This document shows positions 15,933 to 25,342 of a stretch of DNA of 25,342 bases, piece by piece. Source of the DNA: a virus (taxonomy: Duplodnaviria; Caudoviricetes); the IMG/VR virus record IMGVR_UViG_3300038829_000109, positions 1 through 25,342 of that record, one strand, 5' to 3'. The notes below the pieces were generated by a model. It searched no databases. It was not told the origin of the DNA and saw only the letters and a program-made list of their open reading frames with translations. The position numbers were made by a program, and so were the translations under genes. How positions within the stretch are numbered: position 1 is the stretch's first letter; each line of letters begins with the position of its first letter.

Positions 15933-17662
15933 TGCAATTCGGCGCCGGTGCATGCGGGAGTGTCAGCCTCGGGTCGGTGATGCAGGATCCCGGTGCGATC
16001 GTCGATCCGACGAGCCTGCGGCCGATTCTCACTGAGCTGAACGGCGTGGATGCGCGGCAGCTCATCCGCGTCGGCAGTCTGCGGATCCAGGACACGCTCG
16101 GCCAGCCGGTCACGGCATCGTTTGCGATCGTCAATCCGACGGCGCCGCCGGTCGTCGGTGACAAGGTGCGGATTTTCTATCACTCACAGCTGATCTTTGC
16201 CGGCACAATGGATCGCGTACAGAAAGTCTCGCCGGATCTCCAGACCTTTGAATATCAGGTGGACTGTCTCGACTGGACCCAAACGCTGATGCGCCGCAAA
16301 GTGCAGCGGAATTTCACGTACGCGCCGATTCAAAACGTGCTCGATTCGCTGCTGGACAACGAACTCATCGATGAGGCGCTCACGATCGGGACGATCGAAA
16401 GCCGGGCCACGCTGCCGCTGGTGGATTCGCGCAGCGGGAAAGCGCTGGATGTCTGCCGCGACATGGCGGCGGCCACCGGGCAGACCTTCTATTTGTCGTT
16501 CGAGCGTTCGATCGAAATGCGCAGCACGCTGGTGCCCGTGGCCCCGTTGGTGCTCAACGAAACGACGGTGTTGTTAGACGGCACGCAGGTCACGACCGAC
16601 CGGGAGACCTATCGCAACGTGCAGCGGGTGCTGGTGACGGGCACGCCGCGAGTCAAGAATCAGGACCCGTTGGAGACGGTGCAGGAACGGCGCAATGCCG
16701 ATCAGATTGCGGCCCGGCAGGCGATTGAAGGCGGGAGCGGAATCTATGAAGAGGTCGAGGACATCACGCACCCCACGAGTAACGATGGGGTGGAGATCGC
16801 CCTGCTCGGCATCAGCTATGCCCGGCTGCGATTGGCGACCAACGGCACGCCGCGCACCACGGCGCGCTGTCGGGCGCGCGGCTACGGCTTTCGCGCCGGG
16901 CAGATGGCCACGGTCGAGCTGCCGACGTTCGGCCTCTCGGGGACGTTTGCGGTGCAGCGCGTGACGATCCGAGAGGAACTCGGCACGCTGCTCTTTCACG
17001 ACCTCGAGTTGACGAATTCCAGTCTGCAGCAGCGGGCGTATGAATCCTGGTTGAAAATCGTGGGCGGCGGCACAGTCACCGTGCAGGTTCCTGGTTCGAT
17101 TATGAATAATCTCGAGGCGTTTAATACGCCAGGTGCGACGACGTGGACGGTACCGGCAGGGGTCGAGACGGTGGAGTTGACGTGCATCGGAGGCAGTGGC
17201 GCCGGCGGCGGTGGCCACCTCACGTACATCCCGATCGATATAGGGCCGCCTCCACACTGCGAGCTCGATGCCTACAAGTCCGGCGGCACTGGCGGGGCGA
17301 GCGGGCGCGCGGTGACGATCCTGGATGTGGTGTCCGGGCAGGTGCTGGACGTGGTCGTGGGTGCTGCTGGGATAGGGGGAGTGAACGGTGTGAACGGCAC
17401 CTTCTGCGCGGCGTCGGTGACCGGCGTCGCCGGCGCCGACGGGGGCCATTCGCAGGTGCTCCTGAGTAGTGTGGTGCGGTGTCAAGGCAGTCGTGGTGCC
17501 GGGGGCGCCCGTGGCCTCGACGGCGGGAGCAACGGCGCGGTCGGTAGTGGCATCGGCGATGCGGTCTCGGTCGGCGGGGGCGTGGTGGGTGGCCAGGCTG
17601 GCGTCGATCCCGGCGTGGAGCCGACGGGTGGACAGGATGGGCGCGTAGAAATCCGCTGGTAG
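15932..17662 (+). CDS. Tail tip/hub-like minor tail protein with C-terminal glycine-rich domain
   Basis: Directly follows the tape measure gene. IFAG...YQVDCLDW, YRNVQRV and FRAGQ..TV are hub-like; FNTPGATTWTVPAGV...GGSGAGGG...GQDGRVEIRW is a Gly-rich domain. Confidence 0.8.
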   Translation: MQFGAGACGSVSLGSVMQDPGAIVDPTSLRPILTELNGVDARQLIRVGSLRIQDTLGQPVTASFAIVNPTAPPVVGDKVRIFYHSQLIFAGTMDRVQKVSPDLQTFEYQVDCLDWTQTLMRRKVQRNFTYAPIQNVLDSLLDNELIDEALTIGTIESRATLPLVDSRSGKALDVCRDMAAATGQTFYLSFERSIEMRSTLVPVAPLVLNETTVLLDGTQVTTDRETYRNVQRVLVTGTPRVKNQDPLETVQERRNADQIAARQAIEGGSGIYEEVEDITHPTSNDGVEIALLGISYARLRLATNGTPRTTARCRARGYGFRAGQMATVELPTFGLSGTFAVQRVTIREELGTLLFHDLELTNSSLQQRAYESWLKIVGGGTVTVQVPGSIMNNLEAFNTPGATTWTVPAGVETVELTCIGGSGAGGGGHLTYIPIDIGPPPHCELDAYKSGGTGGASGRAVTILDVVSGQVLDVVVGAAGIGGVNGVNGTFCAASVTGVAGADGGHSQVLLSSVVRCQGSRGAGGARGLDGGSNGAVGSGIGDAVSVGGGVVGGQAGVDPGVEPTGGQDGRVEIRW

Positions 17663-17677
17663 CGACGAGGAGAGCGT

Positions 17678-19222
17678 ATGGGCACCCCAATTACGAATTT
17701 CGGGAAAGTCACCGTCAGTACGGGCTACGACGCGGTCGCGACCGCGATCGCGCTCAGCACGGGACACGGCTCGCGGCTGCCGAGCACGTTTTCTTTTCCG
17801 CTCACCTGGTGGGACGCCTCGACCTATAGCGATGCGGCGGACGATCCGAACCGCGAAATCGTCAAGGTGACGGCCCGCACGGGTGACACCCTCACGGTGG
17901 TCCGGGCGCATGAGAGCACGACGGCCAGTGTCAAAAACGTCGCCGGCAAGACCTACAAAATGGTGCTCGGCATTACGAAGGCCATGTGGGACGGGCTCTC
18001 GACGAAATCGCTCTCGCAGAGTTTTCGCGGCCTGTCGGTGCAGACGCACCCCGACGCCGATAAAGCGGCGTCGCAGGTGCTCTTCAGCGCCTCGGCGATT
18101 GTGCTGGACGATGGCGAGGAGGTCCGCGACTGGACGAACATCGCCGTCGATCTCGCGGCCTCGGGCGTCAACGGGCTGGATACCGGCGCGGAAGCCGCCT
18201 CGACCTGGTACGAGCTCTGGGCGATCTACGACGGCACGAATAAAAAAGGCGTGCTGCATCGGGCGAAGGATTATTTTCTCGACGAAAGTTGGGATCAATC
18301 GGGCGGCACCACGGAAGACGGCCAGCATCTCCTCCGGGACGCGACGGCGCGGACGAAGCTCGCGCAAGGGTTCAAGGTCGATACGGCGGGGCTGTGTGAA
18401 TTTGTCGATGTCAAGCTCGTGAAGGCCGGCGCGCCGACGGGGGTCTATTGGTTCACGCTCGAAAGTAACAGCGGAGGCGTCCCGAGCGGGACAGTCTTGG
18501 CCACGTCCGACAAATATGACGTGAGCCGCCTGACAACCACGGCCACCTGGGTCAGGCTGCCCTTTCGCACCCCCGCCTCACTGTCTGCGGCCACGCAATA
18601 CCATCTCGTGTTACAGGGCAATTTTACAGTCAGCGGGACGAATCATATGGCCTGGCGGGCTGATACCACGGCGGCGACCTATGCCAACGGCTCTAAAGCC
18701 GCCTATGACGGCACAACCTGGACCGCCGACACCGACGACGATTTTCTCTTCCAGCTCTACATCACCCGCAACGAGGTGGCGCTCACGTTGCCGAGCGGCT
18801 ACACGCAATCGGCGAAGATCGGCTATGTCCATAACAACGGGAGTAGCAATCTGAAGCCGTGCGCCGCACGGGACCGCTGCGTGTCCGTGGCGGGGCCTGA
18901 GTGGAAGATCGGCTCACAATCCTCGGCGGTCTCCGTGTTGACCTCGCTCGCTGGACTGATGCCCCCGGTGCCCTGTTCCGTCGCGGTGGCGAACGCCAAC
19001 AATACAGGCGCGGGCAATCGGGGGGCCGCCGGACATATCACGGAAATACTCGGCGATCCCAGTACCGTGGATCATGTGCGTGGGACGGGATTCTATCCTG
19101 CGACGGCGTTCGTCGTCTCGCCCACGTCTCCTGCGCACTGGCTACTGTTGGAGTATCAAGGGATGACGATCTGGGCCGATGGCGCCACGAATCATTTCTG
19201 GGTGCGGGGGTTTGAATGGTGA
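17678..19222 (+). CDS. Tail fibre/minor virion protein, modular
   Basis: N-terminal EIVKVTARTGDTLTVVRAHESTTA module; GVNGLDTGAEAASTWY...LPSGYT module; internal beta-sandwich. Confidence 0.75.
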   Translation: MGTPITNFGKVTVSTGYDAVATAIALSTGHGSRLPSTFSFPLTWWDASTYSDAADDPNREIVKVTARTGDTLTVVRAHESTTASVKNVAGKTYKMVLGITKAMWDGLSTKSLSQSFRGLSVQTHPDADKAASQVLFSASAIVLDDGEEVRDWTNIAVDLAASGVNGLDTGAEAASTWYELWAIYDGTNKKGVLHRAKDYFLDESWDQSGGTTEDGQHLLRDATARTKLAQGFKVDTAGLCEFVDVKLVKAGAPTGVYWFTLESNSGGVPSGTVLATSDKYDVSRLTTTATWVRLPFRTPASLSAATQYHLVLQGNFTVSGTNHMAWRADTTAATYANGSKAAYDGTTWTADTDDDFLFQLYITRNEVALTLPSGYTQSAKIGYVHNNGSSNLKPCAARDRCVSVAGPEWKIGSQSSAVSVLTSLAGLMPPVPCSVAVANANNTGAGNRGAAGHITEILGDPSTVDHVRGTGFYPATAFVVSPTSPAHWLLLEYQGMTIWADGATNHFWVRGFEW

Positions 19223-19247
19223 CGGGCGCAACAAAGGAGAATCGCAA

Positions 19248-19760
19248 ATGACACGTCTGCGGATTGGCTTGAGCCTGGCAGTGTTGGTGCTGGTGTGGGG
19301 GTGTCTGGCCGGCGTGGGGACCGCCGGCGAACTGTACGATTCGATGAGCCCGTCATCGCCCAAGATCCGGCAGAGCGACGATACCATCGTCTCCGATTGG
19401 GATGAGGTCGCCGGGGCGCGGAAGGTGACGAGCATGGGCGGCGCGGTCCGCAGTACCACGATGGCCTCGGCGGTCACGACGGATACTACGACGGCCCCGG
19501 TGACGGTCCCGACCGTCACCAAGACGTTCTACGGCTCGGTCGATGGCACGGGCGCGGTCGCGCAGACGCAGATCATCTACGGCGGGTTGACGAGCGGCGT
19601 GACGGCCACGACGGGCGAGCCGATTTGCACGTTTACCTTGTCGGGCACCACGCACGCGCACGGGGCCTGCGTCAGTACCGCGCCTTGGCTGTTCTACATT
19701 GTCGTCACGGCCGGCACGGCCGGCACGGGCGCAAGTGGCCAGGTGATTGCCCAGTACTAA
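19248..19760 (+). CDS. Hypothetical protein with predicted Sec signal peptide
   Basis: AAGGAG SD before ATG 19248; MTRLR-IGLSLAVLVLVWGCLAGVGTA; Thr-rich beta body. Confidence 0.75.
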   Translation: MTRLRIGLSLAVLVLVWGCLAGVGTAGELYDSMSPSSPKIRQSDDTIVSDWDEVAGARKVTSMGGAVRSTTMASAVTTDTTTAPVTVPTVTKTFYGSVDGTGAVAQTQIIYGGLTSGVTATTGEPICTFTLSGTTHAHGACVSTAPWLFYIVVTAGTAGTGASGQVIAQY

Positions 19761-19818
19761 GGCTGTGCCACGTTCAGCAACGGCTATGTGCACCCACAAT
19801 GTACAGGAGGATAGTCTG

Positions 19819-22407
19819 ATGATGCCGATCTTGATACTAGCGTTTCTTCTGGCCTGCGCGCCGTTCTCGTTCGCCGGATCGATCACGCATCCTGGGGCGA
19901 ATCCCGTGCTGAATGTTCCTCCGGCGTGGGGTGTCTCCGTTGAAGCAGAAGGGGCCATTGGAGACGGGGTGCGCGACGATACCGCGAACATCCGTCAAGC
20001 GATCACGAAGGCCGGGGTTGGCGGGACTGTGTTGCTGTCCCCGAATAAAACCTATTTAGTGAGTGATGAGTTATTGCTGTCGATCGGGCAACGGATGGAA
20101 GGGTCTGGGGCGACGCTCAAACGTGCTCCGCAGGTCACGACCACGACCACGGCGTCGATTGCGACAGGAGGTGCGACGACCGTGACCGTCGCCAACGCTT
20201 CAGTGTTCGCGGTGGGAGATCAAATCTCCTTTTCCGTGGAAGATCACGCGGCGGCTCCGACTACGAATCACTATTCCGCCAAGCGCGCGATTGCTGCTAT
20301 TGACACAGGGACCAATACCATAACCCTAGCCAGTTCGTTGGCCATTGGGGCTGCCTCCACGGGCGATCTGGAAGCGGTGTTGAACGGCTCCGCGTCAGAG
20401 GGGAGTTACACGTTTGCCTCTGGGGCAGTCGTGGCGAAGGTGTACGCGCTGCTGCATGTACAGACGCGTGGCGCGCTCCACAACGTGATTATCGATGGGG
20501 GGTGGAAAGACGGCGCGGGGGTGATCCAACAGCCTGTTGCGCACTGGGATTTGTTCGAGGAGCTGGTCCTCTCTACCGCCACAGAGAACAACACCCAAAT
20601 GACCGTCGAAAACGTGACAGTCAAGAATTTCTCGTCAGAAGCCATTGTGGAACTCTCGTCAGATCCATACGTGACGGCGGTGTACGCCTCTCCCACTTCA
20701 ACCTCAATCCGCTACCTGCATGTCACGATTAAAGACGGCGCAGGGAATGGGATTCATACGTCTGGGGAACACAACGACATCGTCGATGGGATGTTTTGTT
20801 TCAACATCAACCAGTATCTCGGGGTGGGGCATATCGGCGGATGTAACACGCTGTCGTTCACGGGTCAGCATCTCGTGGTGCGGGATTCCTACATGGATAC
20901 AGCCTATGCCGGGCTGTTCAACGCGGAGCTGAACAATAACTCCAACATCGTGTTCACGGGCAACGTCGTCAAGAATATGTTCAGGGCGGGGTTTGAGGCG
21001 AATGGTCGATCCACGAACGCGCAATACGGACCGAGTTCCTTAATCGTCTCGAAAAACATCTTCATCAACTGTCGCTTGGTATTCCGGTCCAATGCGGCCA
21101 CGGGCACCGGCCTCTTGAGCGATGTCATCGTCGAGGGGAACACGCTCTCCGGTACACAGTTGCAGATCGACTACGCCAAGCAGATCACGGTGCGGAACAA
21201 CATCATTCGGAATGATTTTGTCGTTCCCTCAAGCGTGGCGTTGGCGCGAACGTATACAGACACGACCGCCGTGGTGGCGAGTGGAGCCTCCTACTACGTC
21301 GGGCAACGAGTCTTTTTGGCGAAATCCGGCTCACCGATGGCCCGCTCTCGGGATCTGACGATCAGCAACGTGGCTGGAGCGACCATCACCTTCAGTCACG
21401 CGATCGGCGTGACAGCGGCGGACAACATCCCTGCCGGGGCCTATCTCTACGACGCCCGGCGCACGCCGATGATTGAAACGGCATCCGGTACCGTTACCAC
21501 GGGGGATTTAACAGTCACCGTCCCGGACGCGTCGCTGTTTACGGTGAATCAATGGTTCGTGGTCAGTTCTACGTCCAGCGGCACGCCGGCAACGCCAGTA
21601 CACATTCGCGCGATTAATTACGTCACGAACGTGTTGACGGTTGGAACGGCGATCAGTCAGACCTACACGGCGGTGAACCTCCAGTTCTGGGCGGTGGGAT
21701 TCTCCCCGTACACCAATACCCCCATCACCGTGCTGGCCTCAGCCGTTGGCTTCACGGACAACACCGTCATGGGCGGGAACGGAGGAATCTATCTAGCCGG
21801 GGACTGTACGGGCATGAATATCAGCCGCAACACGTTTCTGGGCCAACGCAGCACAGGCATCTTTACATCGGCGGATACCGTGACCTCGTCCGAATTGGTG
21901 TCACACAATATCGTGAGTGGGCTGGCTGGGTTTTCCTCCTCGTGTTGCTGGATCGGCGTGCAAGTTCGCTCGGCAGCCCAGGCTATAGGGAACGTGATCA
22001 CCACGATTGCTGCGGGGAATAAAGGCGTGTATGTAAACGCCGGCACTAAGCCGGTGATCGTTGGCAATGTCATTAAAGGCCCGTCCACCGTCCCCCTGGA
22101 TATCACTGCAGGAGTCACCACGCCGTATCTGGCCGGGAATTATCTCCTGGGCGCAGCGGGTATCACGGATGCGAGCGTGTCTCCGGCCTACGGGATTGCG
22201 ACGGTCACGGCGGCAGCGACCACAGTTGTCGTTACGCATAACTTGGGCTACGCCCCGAATGTGGCGAACATTTCAGTCACTCCGACACTATTGAGCCTAT
22301 CCAAAAGCTGGTGGATTAGCGGGATCACAGCAACGCAATTCACGATCAACGTGGATGTGGTGCCAGGCGCGGGAACGGCAACGTTCTCGTGGAGTGTCTT
22401 ACGATGA
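19819..22407 (+). CDS. Right-handed beta-helix (pectate-lyase-like) tailspike/depolymerase-like protein with predicted signal peptide
   Basis: AGGAGG SD before ATG 19819; MMPILILAFLLACAPFSFA; GAIGDGVRDDTANIRQAI; repeated GN/NN ladder motifs; C-terminal VVVTHNLGYAP...TATQFTI domain. Confidence 0.82.
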   Translation: MMPILILAFLLACAPFSFAGSITHPGANPVLNVPPAWGVSVEAEGAIGDGVRDDTANIRQAITKAGVGGTVLLSPNKTYLVSDELLLSIGQRMEGSGATLKRAPQVTTTTTASIATGGATTVTVANASVFAVGDQISFSVEDHAAAPTTNHYSAKRAIAAIDTGTNTITLASSLAIGAASTGDLEAVLNGSASEGSYTFASGAVVAKVYALLHVQTRGALHNVIIDGGWKDGAGVIQQPVAHWDLFEELVLSTATENNTQMTVENVTVKNFSSEAIVELSSDPYVTAVYASPTSTSIRYLHVTIKDGAGNGIHTSGEHNDIVDGMFCFNINQYLGVGHIGGCNTLSFTGQHLVVRDSYMDTAYAGLFNAELNNNSNIVFTGNVVKNMFRAGFEANGRSTNAQYGPSSLIVSKNIFINCRLVFRSNAATGTGLLSDVIVEGNTLSGTQLQIDYAKQITVRNNIIRNDFVVPSSVALARTYTDTTAVVASGASYYVGQRVFLAKSGSPMARSRDLTISNVAGATITFSHAIGVTAADNIPAGAYLYDARRTPMIETASGTVTTGDLTVTVPDASLFTVNQWFVVSSTSSGTPATPVHIRAINYVTNVLTVGTAISQTYTAVNLQFWAVGFSPYTNTPITVLASAVGFTDNTVMGGNGGIYLAGDCTGMNISRNTFLGQRSTGIFTSADTVTSSELVSHNIVSGLAGFSSSCCWIGVQVRSAAQAIGNVITTIAAGNKGVYVNAGTKPVIVGNVIKGPSTVPLDITAGVTTPYLAGNYLLGAAGITDASVSPAYGIATVTAAATTVVVTHNLGYAPNVANISVTPTLLSLSKSWWISGITATQFTINVDVVPGAGTATFSWSVLR

Positions 22408-23210
22408 GGCCGATCATTCCGATCATTCCGCGCTGGTTCGCCTGGCTCTTGCTGGCGATGGCGCTGCTCAGCGTGGTCGGGATAGCTGGGGTGCTGTTTG
22501 CCGCGGAGGTGACGCTCACGTGGCAGGCCAATACCGAAAGCGATCTGGCTGGATACAGGGTCTACCAAGGGACCGTCTCCGGCCAGTACGGGCAGCCGGT
22601 GACGCTCGGGACCGTGACGACGCATACGGTGATGCTCCCGCCATCGCCACTCGATCGCACCTACTTTTGGGCGTTGACGGCGTACGACTTAGCCGGAAAC
22701 GAAAGTGCGAAGTCGAATGAAGTGAGCCAGCTGATTATAGGCGTGCCGCTCGTGACGGCTCCCGGCGTCCCGGTGTTGACGGTCGCCGCGCAGGAAAATG
22801 AATTGCTCGTGGCGTGGGAGCCGGTACCTGATGGAGCGGGGGGCCTCGCGACGGTGGATGTTCGACTCGGCTCACCGACCGATCACTGGGGCCTACTGGT
22901 CTCGCAAGTCTGTCCGGCGTCGCCCTGTCGCCTGACGGGCCTGACGGGCGGCACGGCCTACCAGATTCAAGCGGTGGCGTTTCGACCGGGCGCGACCGCC
23001 AACGTGTTCGGCGCCCTCAGTGTCCCGATCTTCGTCACGACTCCACTCCCGGACGCGCCCCCGGCGACACCGGCCGGATTGCAGATCGTGTCGAGCACCG
23101 CGCGCGACGTGGTGATCGTCGCGAGCGCCCTCGATTGCCCACGGGTCACGACCTCGACCAAGGGGAGCACCGTCGGCCGTCGGATGCGCACGATTACCTG
23201 TGCCCCCTAA
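22404..23210 (+). CDS. Fibronectin type III domain protein (two FN3-like domains) with signal peptide/TM anchor
   Basis: ATGA overlap; hydrophobic N-terminus followed by VTLTWQANTESDLAGYRVY...YFWALTAYDLAGNESAKS; second domain LTGLTGGTAYQIQAVA. Confidence 0.85.
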   Translation: MRPIIPIIPRWFAWLLLAMALLSVVGIAGVLFAAEVTLTWQANTESDLAGYRVYQGTVSGQYGQPVTLGTVTTHTVMLPPSPLDRTYFWALTAYDLAGNESAKSNEVSQLIIGVPLVTAPGVPVLTVAAQENELLVAWEPVPDGAGGLATVDVRLGSPTDHWGLLVSQVCPASPCRLTGLTGGTAYQIQAVAFRPGATANVFGALSVPIFVTTPLPDAPPATPAGLQIVSSTARDVVIVASALDCPRVTTSTKGSTVGRRMRTITCAP

Positions 23211-23231
23211 CGCACTCACAACGGAGGAACC

Positions 23232-25085
23232 ATGTCAATTCAGGACGATTTCGGCATTGCGACGAACGGGGATATCCGGTATACGGGCGGCGCCACCAAC
23301 TATACGGTGATCGCCCTGCATCGCTGGCTCGGCGACCTCATGGACGATGCCGCGGCGGTCGGCAACGATGTCCTCGACATCACCGACGCGACGGCCAGCG
23401 AACGCTCGACCGATAATATTATCACGCTCAAACCCCCGTACAACATCGACGACACGGCGGCGCAGCATCTCTACGACGGGTCCATTATCCAGGACAACGG
23501 GAACGTGATCTACGACGGCCTGGTCGTGATTGCCGCTGCCGGCATGTATCTCAGCGTGATTCAGAACGGCGGTCTCGCGACGAACTTCTGGACGACTGGA
23601 TTGAACGCCGACCCCGCGAACGGCATCAGCCACCGGTTCATGCTTAAGGTCAGGACCGCCGGCGCCGATCTCGATGGCCGGCGCTTGATCGGGACGACGC
23701 GCGAATTCGGCTTCACCTATAGCGAGTTCAAGATCAATGGCACCTCGCGCGGGAACAATGTGATGGCGCTGACCTATGCGAGCGACTTGAATAATCAGAC
23801 GGTGGAGGCGACGGTCGCCGGGTGGACGACGATTATCAACACGGAAGGCTACCGGCTGATCGATGTGAACGGCGACACGGCGACCGAGCCGTACTTCAGC
23901 GAATGGGACCGTGACACCTTCACGATCAACCAGTTCTACGAGCGCATGAAGTGGCTCACCCGCCGGGGCTCCGGCAGCACGGTGTACGGGCAAAACGGTG
24001 CCCTGTTTCGTGGCATCACCCATCAGATCGCGGTCGATACGCCGACAGGGACCTTTAGCGCCAGCGAGAATATCTCGTGGTCCGGCGGCACCGGTCGCAT
24101 GGTCGCGATCAATAGTCCGACCGCCGCCACCTTGCTGTGGATTCAGCTGCTGACCGGCGTCGCGCCCACCGACAATCAGACGCTCACCGGCGTCACCTCA
24201 CTCGCCACCTGTCTGGTTAATGCGACCGTCACGGAGCGGTCGCTTTCTTTCCCTTGGTGCGGCCAATCCACCGGATCGGCCATCATTGCGGCCTACGGGT
24301 TCGGCCTCCAGGCGGCCGACTTGACGGCGAATGATCGTCTCTTCGATTTGACGAATACACAGCGCACGCCGCCGAACAACGTGTCGTTCTCCGTGGGCGG
24401 ACTCGTCTCGACAGAAGATCGCGTGCTCGTCACGCGTCTGGCCTACGCCTTCGCCTACGACACGGAATCCGGCGGCCCGTTCACGGATGGCGAGACGCTC
24501 ACCTTTCTGGGAGGTGAGACCGCGAAGTTGCTGGAGCTAGTGGACAACGTGACGACGGGCTATATGACGATCCGCCTGATCAGCGGGTCGGTGCCGGTCG
24601 ATAACGACACCCTCACGGGGGGCACGTCGCTCGCCACGGCGACCGTGAACGGGTCGGTGAGTCCGACGGTCGATACGGAGCAGTACACCTTGAACGGGGC
24701 GCTGATTGGCGCGGCGGTCACCTCGGTCGTGGTGACGGAGGCGATCGACTCGGATACTCCGCAAAGCACGACGGTGCGCATTAAACGGGCGAGCGGGATC
24801 TACACGGTCCATCCCGTGACCAGCTGGTCAGGCTCCACGTTTACGATCACCAGCGCGAACTTCTCCGTCGACACCGCGCCGAACGGGACCGGCGTCTACT
24901 CCTCGTTTATCGATAAGGTGGCGGCGGCGGCGTCCGAGTCGTTCACCGTGGTGTACAACTCAAACCGCAACCTGTTTATTCGCGTGCGTGATGGGGGCGG
25001 CTCTCCGATTAAAACTTTCGAAACGACAGGCACGCTGACCGGCGCGGGCGGATCCACGACGGCTATTCGGACTTCGGACACCTAA
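23232..25085 (+). CDS. Large hypothetical virion-associated protein (617 aa) with an internal repeat
   Basis: GGAGG SD; Thr/Gly-rich; two copies of F...E.....G........I.L..G..P.DN.TLTG.TSLAT..VN. Confidence 0.8.
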   Translation: MSIQDDFGIATNGDIRYTGGATNYTVIALHRWLGDLMDDAAAVGNDVLDITDATASERSTDNIITLKPPYNIDDTAAQHLYDGSIIQDNGNVIYDGLVVIAAAGMYLSVIQNGGLATNFWTTGLNADPANGISHRFMLKVRTAGADLDGRRLIGTTREFGFTYSEFKINGTSRGNNVMALTYASDLNNQTVEATVAGWTTIINTEGYRLIDVNGDTATEPYFSEWDRDTFTINQFYERMKWLTRRGSGSTVYGQNGALFRGITHQIAVDTPTGTFSASENISWSGGTGRMVAINSPTAATLLWIQLLTGVAPTDNQTLTGVTSLATCLVNATVTERSLSFPWCGQSTGSAIIAAYGFGLQAADLTANDRLFDLTNTQRTPPNNVSFSVGGLVSTEDRVLVTRLAYAFAYDTESGGPFTDGETLTFLGGETAKLLELVDNVTTGYMTIRLISGSVPVDNDTLTGGTSLATATVNGSVSPTVDTEQYTLNGALIGAAVTSVVVTEAIDSDTPQSTTVRIKRASGIYTVHPVTSWSGSTFTITSANFSVDTAPNGTGVYSSFIDKVAAAASESFTVVYNSNRNLFIRVRDGGGSPIKTFETTGTLTGAGGSTTAIRTSDT

Positions 25086-25106
25086 CGCGAAGGGAGCGCT
25101 AGGTCG

Positions 25107-25319
25107 ATGCAACTTGCTCGGGGTGCGCTTGTGTTGGTGGACGTGCATACCACGACCCCCACCGTGTTCTGGAACGGCCAGAAGATCGATGATCTCGTGC
25201 GGCTGCGCCTCGATTGGGACCGCGATGAGCACCGCATTAAGCTCACCGTCTCGCGTCTCGCGCCGAACCTGCGCGCCGCGCTGACGGCGGCCGGGATCGT
25301 CGTGAAGGAGGGCAACTAA
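25107..25319 (+). CDS. Hypothetical protein (70 aa)
   Basis: GGGAG SD; fills the gap before the next ATG at 25321. Confidence 0.65.
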   Translation: MQLARGALVLVDVHTTTPTVFWNGQKIDDLVRLRLDWDRDEHRIKLTVSRLAPNLRAALTAAGIVVKEGN

Positions 25320-25320
25320 G

Positions 25321-25342
25321 ATGGTGCTGAACGATTATGTGC
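25321..25342 (+). CDS. Start of a gene running off the window
   Basis: AAGGAGG SD, then ATG GTG CTG AAC GAT TAT GTG. Confidence 0.5.

Overview
This window is the packaging, head and tail module of an HK97-like long-tailed (siphovirus-type) phage or prophage, with nearly all genes on the + strand. Order: probable cos region, P27-type TerS, small accessory genes, a DUF5131 (Gp37/Gp68) gene, TerL, a Xis/BldC-like HTH gene, a decayed IS200/IS605 element, portal, ClpP-type protease, major capsid, neck, tail tube, G/GT chaperones with a -1 frameshift, tape measure, and tail-tip/fibre genes. The main observation is the DUF5131 gene. It carries two ~570-nt insertions in its two variable loops, each encoding a paralogous HNH homing-type endonuclease in the +1 frame with a Shine-Dalgarno built from host codons. 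The host frame stays open through both insertions and I see no intein or intron signature, which suggests a splicing-independent, overprinted mobile nuclease. Secondary observations are three consecutive tail-region genes with Sec-type signal peptides, a BldC/Xis-like HTH gene near phased 10-bp direct repeats upstream of the portal gene, and two single nonsense codons in the DUF5131/HNH locus. All product calls come from motif recognition by eye; no searches were run.
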